A stretch of 64,000 nt of DNA from Pirellulaceae bacterium (GTDB lineage: Bacteria > Planctomycetota > Planctomycetia > Pirellulales > Pirellulaceae). Made by a program: the position numbers and the translations under genes. Every line of letters begins with the position of its first letter. The first letter of the stretch is position 1. Location of the stretch: positions 10,986 through 74,985 of the forward strand of contig JAKVBY010000043.1 in assembly GCA_022446825.1 (NCBI GenBank), read 5' to 3'. Positions 36,201 through 43,733 of the stretch are shown one piece after another. The notes beneath the pieces are model-generated. The model did not search any database. It saw only the letters and a list, made by a program, of their open reading frames with translations, and was not told where the DNA came from.

Positions 36201-38205
36201 GTCCGAAGCGGCGGCAACAGGGCTGGACGACTTTAGTCAGTTGCCTGTTAAAATCCCGCGATTTTCGTCATCATCCCAAGCTTATCCCCAAATTGAACGA
36301 TTGGGTTACAACGCCTCTTTTTGCCGACTCGCCAAACAGAACGATCCGTTCGCTGCAAGCATCGCACAAATCAGCGCCCTGGCCGATTCAAATCCCACAG
36401 ACAAACAGCTTGTCTTCCATTGTGCCGAAGCGTTATTGATCAATGGAGAAGTCGACAAAGCGATCCAAATACTTGATCACAACGACCCCTGTCGTGCATT
36501 CGCGATCTGGCGTGATCAACTAAAATTCGAGCAGGCGTTGGCATTAATCGACTGGCAAGACGCGTCCACTATTTCTCGAACGTGGTACAACAAGCTACCT
36601 GTGCTATCAGAAAAAACTAACGGCCCGGTAGTGGGTAAATTCCGATTTGCCTTACAGGTCACAGCGTTGCTGCGCCAGATGGGCCAGGAAGAGGATGCCG
36701 AAAAACTGTTAGACTTCCTTGAACTTCACCTACCTAATTTGCCTCTGGACACACACAACCGAGATGTCCGTACCATCTGCTGGGGACATCTCTGCAAACA
36801 CCTAGTCGGTCGGGGCGAATTTGAACGAGCTTTTAAGGCAGCTTCCCGTAGTATCACCAACAGGAAGGTCATCCCATCGGTACTCTTCAATCTCTATGGA
36901 AATCGTGGCTGGGAAAACGCATCAACTCAATATCGTGAAGCCTCTGCATGGTGGCTTTTCTTTCAACAACATACGCCGGAAATTTCGCTCGACACAACTT
37001 TGCGCAAAATTCACGATATTTTGACCCCGCAGATCGTGAAAAAGGACGCCCCTGATTGGTTGAATTTTCATGACCTCGCGGCACAAGCAGTCCAGCTTGC
37101 CGATACCTTAAAGGAATCTCAACACGACTCCTATCTCTTCGGCATCGGCGCCACCTGTGCCAAGCGAAATGAGAACGAATTGGCGGAACAGGCTTTGCGG
37201 GCTGCCACGGCAACAATTCCGGACGCTTACTATCTACTCGGAGACTTGCTTGGCCAGAACGGTCGCTGGTTAGCAGCGGCAGAAATCTACGGTCGTTTAT
37301 GGAAGATCTCACATGCTGAGCTGCCTGCCCTATATCTACAAGGGCACGCTTTAGAGAAGGCGGAACAAAACAAAACCGGAAAACGCTTAAAACAAAAGGC
37401 TAGTCTTTGGGCGATTCATTCCATGTCGCGACATCAGTTGGCGCTCAAACTTTGGCAACTCGGGATGGTCGAAGATGCCACAGCACAATGGGAACTGCTC
37501 CTAAAAACATCACCCTTTGAGCACCGAGAGTTGAATCTGGCAACACGTTTTTGGGCACTCGCGAATGAAGCAACGGCGGACAATTCCACCCTCGCTCAAC
37601 ACTGGGATTTATATCTATTGGGAATTCATCGAACAACCTTCAATTTCAGGGAAGAAAGCAGCTATCTCCAAATACCGGCGTTTCCCCATCGATTCCGTGC
37701 AGCCTCCGCAATCCAGCGCGGTGACATGGAGACCGCCACAGGAGAAATCAGACGGTGTCTGAATTTCACACCCCTGAATTCTGATTTAGGCGTCTTTTTT
37801 GTTACCACACTCGAGGCAGCTGGCCAGTCAGATGTCGCCACACAAATCTATCAAAGTATGTGGCAGGCCTTAACTCAACAATGCGACAAATATCCCCGAT
37901 CCGCAATCCTTCATAACCACGCTGCTTGGCTAGCAGCACGTTGCCGTCGCGATCTGGACATGGCACTCCACCACGCCCAGCGTGCAACCGCTTTAACACC
38001 GGAAAGACCCGCCTTTCTCGATACGCTTGCAGAGGTACACTTTCAACGCGGTGACCGTGGAACGGCAGTGCAGGTAGCCAAAGCAGTCTTAAAAATTGTG
38101 CCTCAAAACAAAAAGTTCAAGCAGCGATTGCAACACTTCGAGCATGACGAGTTACCTCCGAGCATCGATCCCGAGTCTGCCACACCATCTCCACTAAATA
38201 ATTAA
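30280..38205 (+). CDS. Giant exported alpha-solenoid protein (2,641 aa): N-terminal HEAT-like unit, about 45 x 39-aa ARM/HEAT-like repeats, TPR-like C-terminal region
   Basis: It is an uninterrupted 7.9-kb ORF. The likely start is ATG 30280, with AAGGA about 10 nt upstream; the ORF-track start is 30247. The signal-like N-terminus reads MSNIFVSIVFCTLLLDQTDA. The repeat array is described in the repeat feature. The C-terminus has TPR-like hairpins (e.g. AYYLLGDLLGQNGRWLAAAEIYGRL; RPAFLDTLAEVHFQRGDRGTAVQVAKAVLKIVPQN). Confidence 0.85.
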   Translation: MSNIFVSIVFCTLLLDQTDANQKTDRPITVAAEQQKQIDDAIKQLGSRRFAERQKAFRFLQNAGISAEPSLKNAAQSNDPEIRARVKQLLSDLRYGISPKTKPEIAALIRRYRDGTPKERDVAFDRLLKKQEFKILQRIIQLEEQPEIRRQLVERLFKDELVVDRFIELNAIRSLVDTIGRDADPRWRREMIARVLFSPRMLKALIDKEQLGTIEQFLLNEESETTRAELLSLLFQNQAALGTIITSGQVDFAIQLVTSFEADKSRERFAQQLLGVAVFPATMVKAKRLDDLFHFVERNLTKETRPIVLETLFTQSEFTKAILETHGLEKLIALIQREKDPTTRGKLFGRIAVGTTVRTHLSKQGNTSAPIEWARAEKDLVARRAFLDVLFQQRFFMRMRHDAGVLQAMWKIIEEDENIKWQASALAQVLPHVRTANLFQDENSIQWILRLIRDVNPQDRSSLLSQIVANQYLRSQLLVLGKFEDILTLARKEPVGTRGTTLRSLMSDPRIAQLLQAKGNLQQLLTIAREETDAKSRQDYLMGIFQNPSIMRALVAAKHFDAIKELISETTDTGDHALLYATFLSTQAIADEMHNRGQLDSLISYAQMLDDLDARRTYLQQLFRNYHAVRLLVDREHFDTLLKMSNSDPEAAQRLQLKNSLLVNPRVLDHLTTEKQIATLITFVTQEATNNMRSTFLQRIMNHPGVMEAIVKENYFDDLVEIVAGEVQSYRRAALVAALIRNVTLTKHLSQQKQLSRLIQLTTSELDQNARRQMLNAFVSNPETLAIWIKTGKLDVLWELFASQKPLSARAQLLGQLLTRVEVLQKLSEENRLEVVLTSFSNPANKTARDLFAQQLFGNPQAVSYLIEKGHFAALLESAESASTSQMRAHLTARLLSVPQAIDLLVERGVLVEFMNRIGQDSELKARRQFVSSLMGNQHLLKVLADHQQLQRVFDLIAADKDISWRRQQLMQLMVRPSGLRYLLKNNQFESTLDLAISEPDTNRQQQFFRQLFNDSQIVNVLAQQGLIDTLLRRLKKEPNQKYFRDFLMAIATSSEASHWLLKQNRFALLMDTLESNSNQAQRTQYLRRIIYQRNVISEAVSAGHLDRLLTLVQNVADPQQRVQILTYFIAIPEVLRLLETNHGKEDALQRLLGKESEQLRSFLVQQLAQNSIATRELMNRGLFEILVKKLLEEQEVVVRSRNLGQLFASSMIAHGRARAQQLDWYVEFAKVENQIARREYLKLALQNSTALNALSKNKRLHEIIALWHSETDPLAWRLQLSHLLLAPAVIEAFSENGVLQMHTDRLFREATLTEKRDFINRLLSHTEPLNALIQKGYYLQICRVIEAETNVRSRQYLWTRFLSSESAIRHTLEHKDGDILDQLVGSDSDLSMRSQQIRNLLYQPVTIQTIAQYGKIEVVIKAILDLPRKKDQVDLMVRTLATPEVLTHLEQDENPAGLLPRLVDFFDDGVAALFVEQLTENTQTRQFLTKHDHLVALLTISAAINSSRTRSQAVGNLLADPTVTQTLDENQVLDLFRQFAKQDDGSARRAFLQRALSNHHMLMVLKQNAELTDVLAFSLRESQAGWRASLLRELLISPTVVEHFGQKQVLQTQFESAIEKSLAADQASFLENLISQPTTIRAYLKYGMFESLVTTIKAFPDASRGRPLLAQIISLPESTDYLPIPRMAAIFTALLTEEPNPSQRMLIIRAVLMNSEILEMLLQQGACDRFLDTFQKVDGTSDISEMATFLVHPVTLRHLASEQKVDVVYQLAIETSNSSTRARLVGELLGNPRVVTFCANHGLAHQIPRLIQSGLDERERENFARRALLNPTLHQELATRNESNALLKLLEIPGNEDIRQHARQQILYASTGIIPSLLSEDGGIERAKNLLDKYATDDLGRARLAAFLLLTGEIDARIQAIQQQLKTEENADQFRLLTYLLRAKSDHPGTLAAARKSLDTILLRAVLTEQGGWSEAAATGLDDFSQLPVKIPRFSSSSQAYPQIERLGYNASFCRLAKQNDPFAASIAQISALADSNPTDKQLVFHCAEALLINGEVDKAIQILDHNDPCRAFAIWRDQLKFEQALALIDWQDASTISRTWYNKLPVLSEKTNGPVVGKFRFALQVTALLRQMGQEEDAEKLLDFLELHLPNLPLDTHNRDVRTICWGHLCKHLVGRGEFERAFKAASRSITNRKVIPSVLFNLYGNRGWENASTQYREASAWWLFFQQHTPEISLDTTLRKIHDILTPQIVKKDAPDWLNFHDLAAQAVQLADTLKESQHDSYLFGIGATCAKRNENELAEQALRAATATIPDAYYLLGDLLGQNGRWLAAAEIYGRLWKISHAELPALYLQGHALEKAEQNKTGKRLKQKASLWAIHSMSRHQLALKLWQLGMVEDATAQWELLLKTSPFEHRELNLATRFWALANEATADNSTLAQHWDLYLLGIHRTTFNFREESSYLQIPAFPHRFRAASAIQRGDMETATGEIRRCLNFTPLNSDLGVFFVTTLEAAGQSDVATQIYQSMWQALTQQCDKYPRSAILHNHAAWLAARCRRDLDMALHHAQRATALTPERPAFLDTLAEVHFQRGDRGTAVQVAKAVLKIVPQNKKFKQRLQHFEHDELPPSIDPESATPSPLNN
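30721..35970 (+). repeat. Protein-level tandem array: about 45 units of about 39 aa (117 nt) inside the giant gene
   Basis: Hand alignment starts at residue 159 of the ORF (IRRQLVERLF...) and the 45th unit starts at residue 1870 (IRQHARQQIL...). The mean period is 38.9 aa. The consensus is roughly x-R-x-x-F/L-L-x-x-L-F/L-x-N-P-x-x-hydrophobic-x-x-L-hydrophobic-x-x-G-x-F/L-D-x-L-L-x-L-hydrophobic-x-x-E-x-D-x-x. The units are strongly diverged at nucleotide level. Confidence 0.8.
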
Positions 38206-38443
38206 AAGGCGATGCGAGAAGCGATTGCTCTGCCAAAGCGCAGAAGGCGTTAACAGAGCGTTTTATGCATTTCTGACAACTTGGCCTGTCCCTCACGGAC
38301 ACGCTTCATCCCATAAAGCATAGTGACATGGCGACCATCGAAATCGAGGAGTTGCCTAGATAGACGAAAAAGCAGCCGTTCATGAGTCTATCCTGCAAAT
38401 TCCGCAGGCCAATCCACTTGCCGACTTCTGATAGCCGACTCGG

Positions 38444-39448
38444 TTAACCAATGTCTGGGCGAATCACGCGCCAGTGGACGTTTTTTTTCATCATCGCCTC
38501 GCAGAGTTGCCTGTACATCTCATCGTCTTGAATAGTACCCACGATGGCGCCACCCGACCCCGCAAACTTGGCAGATGCACCCACACTACGCGCAGTCGTT
38601 ACCATCTCGCGATAGGCCGGTTTGATGTCATACAATTTAGCTCGCAAATCAAAATTCTTGTCTAATAATGCATGTAATGCTGCAGCATCTTGCTCTTCCA
38701 ACGCAACGAGCGCTTGCGGGACTAACGCAGCGATCTCATCCATCGTTTCGCGTAAATCGTCGCGATCGGCAACACGCGTTCTCAGCGGCCCATGCACCGA
38801 CGCGGATGTTTTTGAAGCTTCTTCGTCGTAGGCGATGTAGATCGGTGGAAGATTTTTCGAATCCAGCTTTGCATAGTCACCAAATTCATAACCATGGCTA
38901 GGCTGCATCGTTCCAAAATCCATGTACACCAAACCACCATAGACCTGAACGACGCGATCTTGATAGCCACACGCGATGTCTAATTCATCGTTTTCCACTG
39001 ATCTCACAATAGACGGCTGGATCTCCAGTGGAATCGACACATCATAAAATCTCATCAATCCTTTGAGAGTTGCAGTTATAATCGCACTCGATCCAGAGAG
39101 TCCAACACCTCGCGGAATATTGGTTTCATAACGAATCGAAAATGGGGTCGAGTGAAGTTCAATAGCTTGGCTACGGCAAAAATCGGCAAAGCGGCGAATC
39201 GTCGCTTTGACCAATCGTACACCTCCGTAATATCCGTGCTGATTCACGTCATTGACTAAATCATCAATACTATCGAAACGATTTTTATCTTCCTGAGACC
39301 ACAGGATCTCGAGCCTCTCCCAAGGGTACATAACGATATTGGCAGCGCAGTTACGCAGCGTGAAGGAAATGGTTTTTCCGCCATATCCATCGGATGGATT
39401 ACCAATCAAACCGGCCCGCGCATATGCCGACTGTCGGATAACTTTCAT
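38444..39448 (-). CDS. GHMP-family sugar kinase, glucuronokinase-like
   Basis: It has the GHMP motif PRGVGLSGSSAIITATL. It also has YARAGLIGNPSDGYGGKTISF, GYYGGVRL, GYQDRVVQVYGGLVYMDF and AKFAGSGGAIVG. From memory, these mirror the plant glucuronokinase (GlcAK) signature blocks. The start ATG overlaps the upstream gene's stop (ATGA). Confidence 0.8.
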   Translation of the reverse strand: MKVIRQSAYARAGLIGNPSDGYGGKTISFTLRNCAANIVMYPWERLEILWSQEDKNRFDSIDDLVNDVNQHGYYGGVRLVKATIRRFADFCRSQAIELHSTPFSIRYETNIPRGVGLSGSSAIITATLKGLMRFYDVSIPLEIQPSIVRSVENDELDIACGYQDRVVQVYGGLVYMDFGTMQPSHGYEFGDYAKLDSKNLPPIYIAYDEEASKTSASVHGPLRTRVADRDDLRETMDEIAALVPQALVALEEQDAAALHALLDKNFDLRAKLYDIKPAYREMVTTARSVGASAKFAGSGGAIVGTIQDDEMYRQLCEAMMKKNVHWRVIRPDIG

Positions 39449-40350
39449 TCGTGCGTGTCCATCTCGTGTAATCGCTCGCGAGCGAACTTGGAAAACATTT
39501 GTCCGTACTGAGGATCTTGAATTGCAAACTCAAAGAATGCCCGAAAATAGCTAGGGAAGTTTCCAATATCGAATCGCCGCTCACCGGTCGCTAGAGGAAT
39601 TCCCAGTACGCGCCCACCGTCCCGGATCATAGCACTTATGGCATCGGTTAACTGGATTTCGTTTCCCTTACCGGCATCTGTCTTACTTAAATAGTCGAAG
39701 ATCGACGCTCGGAAAACATATCTTGCCGCGACTGCTAATCGGCTCGGAGACTCTGCGACCGACGGCTTTTCGATCAAATCAGCTAACTCAAACCAATCCT
39801 CATGATTGGTACGGACATCAGCAATTCCATAACGCACGACTTCTTCTCGAGGCACCGTTTCAAAAGCGATCACACCATCAGCCTTTTCCGAGTCAAAAAG
39901 CTGAATCAAGTCTTTTACAATTTGTGATTGCGCGTGGACTCCAATGATGGAGTCACCCAAAGCAACCACAAACGACTGCTCACCGACCACCGGTCGTGCA
40001 CAAAGGATTGCGTGCCCCAGACCTAACTGCCGGCCTTGCCGGGTATAGATGTAGTCGACATCCATCCGTTCAAAATCAAGTGACTCCAGCAAATCTTCCT
40101 GGCCATACTCGCGCAGCGCCGTAATCAGTTCGGTATCCGGGTCGAAATGATTTTCGATCGCCTGTTTGCCAGGCCCCGTCACAAAAACCATCCGATTAAT
40201 ACCCGATTGTTCGAGCTCTTCCGCAACGTACTGGGTCACCGGTTTTGCACCGACCGCCAACATTTCTTTCGGCTGACTTTTCGTCAGTGGCAACAAACGC
40301 GTCCCACGACCAGCCACTGGAACAACAGCAAGATCAACAGACATTGACAA
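39445..40350 (-). CDS. UTP--sugar-1-phosphate uridylyltransferase (GalU-type nucleotidyltransferase)
   Basis: The N-terminal motif AVVPVAGRGTRLLPLTKSQPKEMLAV corresponds to the GalU consensus (A)V(I)P(V)AG.GTR.LP.TK..PKEML. It is followed by ENHFD and the VALGDSI block. Confidence 0.88.
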   Translation of the reverse strand: MSMSVDLAVVPVAGRGTRLLPLTKSQPKEMLAVGAKPVTQYVAEELEQSGINRMVFVTGPGKQAIENHFDPDTELITALREYGQEDLLESLDFERMDVDYIYTRQGRQLGLGHAILCARPVVGEQSFVVALGDSIIGVHAQSQIVKDLIQLFDSEKADGVIAFETVPREEVVRYGIADVRTNHEDWFELADLIEKPSVAESPSRLAVAARYVFRASIFDYLSKTDAGKGNEIQLTDAISAMIRDGGRVLGIPLATGERRFDIGNFPSYFRAFFEFAIQDPQYGQMFSKFARERLHEMDTHE

Positions 40351-41092
40351 CTCCGCAACTCTCCAAAAGCACTATTATGTTGTTAACAGCGGACTGTTTC
40401 TAGGTAGATGTTTCGAAAAGCAGTCACCAAAACTCTCAAGGCGACGACAACCTTACCAAGCATTCTTCTAGTAAACATACAACTTTTAGCCCGTCACATG
40501 TCGCACGACCGCTGAAATAGCAGGCCCGCATCAAGTCTGCCATTGAACGTCTGGTGATAATACCAACTCGTCTGAAATTTGATGATTCGTGTTGGCACCA
40601 AGGCCTGCGCTGTTCACAAGATGCGTTCGTGGGGCCATTGGCTGTGAACCAAACCTGAGATCACGAGAGACAATGACAAAAGTAAAACTTACGTCAGCTA
40701 GTGAATGCTTAGGAAACACATCCTCGATCGTTCACACAAAAAACCCACACGCCTCTCATTTTACCTACCCAGGACGATGTTTACCGTCAAACTGGAAAAC
40801 GCAGCTTGCTTCACAACACCAGATCATCTCACCCCGCCTGACGCCAACGACGATCCTTCATCCAATGTTGCATGAAACAACTCTTTTAAGACCATTCATC
40901 GAGATCACTCTTTTCTCTGTTATCAGACCCCCTGATCTACAAATAGACTCACTGGTTTCATAAACTCATTGGCTTTTTAGCTACCAGTGTTCAATACGCG
41001 ATCTATTTCGCTATCGAAAGCTTGACCTCCTACACCTACCCGGCCATACCAGTGTATCCTCTGAGGTAAATTGCACTTAGTGGAGAGAGACC

Positions 41093-42199
41093 ATGACGCA
41101 TGCCAACACCTCCCGTGTGGACGCTACTTGGGAGCGACTGCAAAGCTGGCACTCCAACGGCCATTGCCACGCATTAGCTGCAGAAACTGGCTCCGTTACC
41201 GGAGAAACATACTCGTTTTCCGCCGGACAACTGGCACCAGAGAATGCCACAGCAGTAACCAGCGAGAGCATTTTTCTCATCGCATCCCCAACAAAACCGT
41301 TTGTTGCAATCGCGGCGATGATGTTACTCGAACAAGGCAAACTACAATTAGACCAGCTGGTGCAGCGTTATTTGCCGGAGTTTCGCAGCGGAGGAAAGGA
41401 GACCATCCGGCTGATTCATTTGTTAACCCATACTTCGGGCCTGCCAGACATGCTGCCGAACAATGAGCAATTGCGCCAGGCACACGCACCCTTGTCCGAA
41501 TTCATGAAACATGTCTACAAAGTTGACCTTATAGCTGCCCCCGGGACTTGTGTCCACTATCAAAGCAAGGGCATTTTGGCCTTAGCTGTGATTATCGAAA
41601 AGATTACGGGAATGCCTCTCTCCGAATATCTCGAAACCCAAATTTTCGCGCCGCTGAATATGGCGAACACTGCGTTAGGGATACCGGATTCCTGGCATTC
41701 CACAGGGCAGTTGGACAAAATGACTTGGTCTCAAGTTGATGAGCATTCCGCCGCAACCGATTGGGGGTGGAATAGTCTCTATTGGCGTCGCTTAGGTGCC
41801 CCTTGGGGAGGCCTCCTGTCATCAGCTCACGATCTTGGTAGCTTCTGTCAACATCTCTTGGAGATTAATCAAGGACGTCAGGGCATTATCTCTCCACAGT
41901 CCTTGTCGGCTATGACCTCCAATCAACTCACCAACTTTCCAGCCTTAACGGAATCAGTCGTGCGGACGACACCTTGGGGCTTGGGCTGGCAACTCAATTG
42001 GCCTGGACACCCACGCGGTTTTGGAAGCTTGCTACCCAGGGAGGTTTTTGGACATTGGGGAGCAACGGGGACCATGCTTTGGCTCGATCCAACGCGGAAT
42101 GTTTATGGCGTTGTCCTCACGACAGAACCGATTAAGCAAGAAGACCGACGACAAATTCTTTTTGGAAATCTTTCCTCATTGGTTTGGCAACCACATTAA
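41093..42199 (+). CDS. Serine hydrolase, beta-lactamase fold
   Basis: It has the SxxK motif in FLIASPTKPFVAIAAMMLLEQG and the HLLTHTSGLPD block. The ORF is 368 aa with no obvious signal peptide. Confidence 0.85.
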   Translation: MTHANTSRVDATWERLQSWHSNGHCHALAAETGSVTGETYSFSAGQLAPENATAVTSESIFLIASPTKPFVAIAAMMLLEQGKLQLDQLVQRYLPEFRSGGKETIRLIHLLTHTSGLPDMLPNNEQLRQAHAPLSEFMKHVYKVDLIAAPGTCVHYQSKGILALAVIIEKITGMPLSEYLETQIFAPLNMANTALGIPDSWHSTGQLDKMTWSQVDEHSAATDWGWNSLYWRRLGAPWGGLLSSAHDLGSFCQHLLEINQGRQGIISPQSLSAMTSNQLTNFPALTESVVRTTPWGLGWQLNWPGHPRGFGSLLPREVFGHWGATGTMLWLDPTRNVYGVVLTTEPIKQEDRRQILFGNLSSLVWQPH

Positions 42200-42299
42200 A
42201 CACGGGTTGTCATTGACATCAAATTCTTCGGGAAAATACAATTGAAGGTAACCATCCAAGCGATGTTTTTGCCATTGTCTTCCCCAAACAAGTGCTCAG

Positions 42300-43646
42300 A
42301 TGCTCGGGTTTAATTTCCCCACTGAATCTATTGGTCTTGATGTCGTGTCACGACGAGGTTTCTTACGCGCTGGAGCAATGGCATTTGGGGGCCTTGGGCT
42401 CAGTTCGGTGATGCAGTTGCAAGCCGAGTCCTTGAAACGCAAGACAGGCAAATCTGTCATCATGTTTTTTTTATCGGGCGGCCCCTCGCACATTGACATG
42501 TATGACTTGAAGCCGAAAGCTCCGTCAGAATATCGCGGCGAATTCCAACCTATCCGCACCAATGTGCCCGGAATTGAGATCTGCGAACTCATGCCAATGC
42601 AGGCAAAGATCGCCGACAAGTTCACAATTATTCGTGGTTACCAGGGAAATAATCTCCACTCCGGTCATGAGTTCTTTTGTGGACGACCGTGGCAGGAATC
42701 CCCACGTGTCCCCGCTCCCAATGAAGCGCAACGGCCCTGCGTCGGTTCCGTAGCGAGCGCCTTTGATGATTCTGAAAATCCTGTCCCACCGTTTGTGTCG
42801 ATTCGTGGACAACATCAGTGGGAACGATCCTATTACTTGGGGCAAGAACATGAACCGCTGCGCATTGCAGAAAACAGCGGTGCCATTGGGGCGGAAGCAC
42901 TCAAGAACATGAGCCGCACCGAGACAGTTTCGAAACATCGTATTTCTTCACGCAGAGATTTACTAAACGCACTCGAGAAGACACAGAGGCGGATAGATCG
43001 CTTCACTGAATCGCAGGCGTTGGACAAATTTCAAGAACGTGCGTTCAATATTATTTCATCAACCGCTGTGCGCAACGCCTTTGACATCACACTTGAGCCT
43101 GCGTCCATACGAGATCGATACGGTCTCCACGTTTCCAGTAACTTTCAGGAACCCGGTAAATGGCTATTGATGGCGCGTCGGTTGGTAGAGGCAGGTGTTT
43201 CTGTTGTCAGCGTCTGCAGTTATTCGTGGGATACACATAGGACAAATTTTGCTTCCCTGCGGGAGTTGCTTCCGGGGCATGACGTTGCCATCCACGCGCT
43301 GATCACTGATCTCGACGAACGTGGCTTATTAAACGACACCATCGTCTTAGTCGGTGGCGAATTTGGTCGCACACCACGCATCGGCGACCAGACACCGGAT
43401 GGTCGTGGTCACTGGCCACCCGCCGGCTTCATGTGGATTGCTGGAGGCAACATTAAAACCGGTCAGGTCATTGGTGAAACAGACTCCAAAGCAGAAGCTC
43501 CAACAAATCGGCCCTATTTCATGTCCAACATTTTGACTTCGGTTTACGATCACTTAGGCATTGATCCCGCTGCCACCTTCCTGGATCATAACGGGCGACC
43601 ACAGTATTTGCTTGATGACCGAGAGTCGATCGCCGGCCTCTCTTAA
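42300..43646 (+). CDS. DUF1501 domain protein (orphan, no adjacent DUF1549/1553 partner)
   Basis: It has the Tat-like N-terminus SRRGFLRAGAMAFGGLGL. The C-terminal block reads VGGEFGRTPRI......GRGHWP...MWIAGGNIKTGQVIGETD. Confidence 0.9.
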   Translation: MLGFNFPTESIGLDVVSRRGFLRAGAMAFGGLGLSSVMQLQAESLKRKTGKSVIMFFLSGGPSHIDMYDLKPKAPSEYRGEFQPIRTNVPGIEICELMPMQAKIADKFTIIRGYQGNNLHSGHEFFCGRPWQESPRVPAPNEAQRPCVGSVASAFDDSENPVPPFVSIRGQHQWERSYYLGQEHEPLRIAENSGAIGAEALKNMSRTETVSKHRISSRRDLLNALEKTQRRIDRFTESQALDKFQERAFNIISSTAVRNAFDITLEPASIRDRYGLHVSSNFQEPGKWLLMARRLVEAGVSVVSVCSYSWDTHRTNFASLRELLPGHDVAIHALITDLDERGLLNDTIVLVGGEFGRTPRIGDQTPDGRGHWPPAGFMWIAGGNIKTGQVIGETDSKAEAPTNRPYFMSNILTSVYDHLGIDPAATFLDHNGRPQYLLDDRESIAGLS

Positions 43647-43733
43647 GCAACATAGCAGTGTTCCGCGACAACGCTTCCCCTTTCCTCCTAACATGCTAGT
43701 GGCTTATTTCACGGATCCCCGCAAACCGACCTT

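Noticed and set aside
40593-40608. A sigma-54-like TGGCAC-CAAGG-CCTGC on the plus strand in the 40.3-41.1 kb gap.
   Set aside because: The spacing is off by one, the -12 element is poor, and it lies about 485 nt from the next plus-strand start codon.
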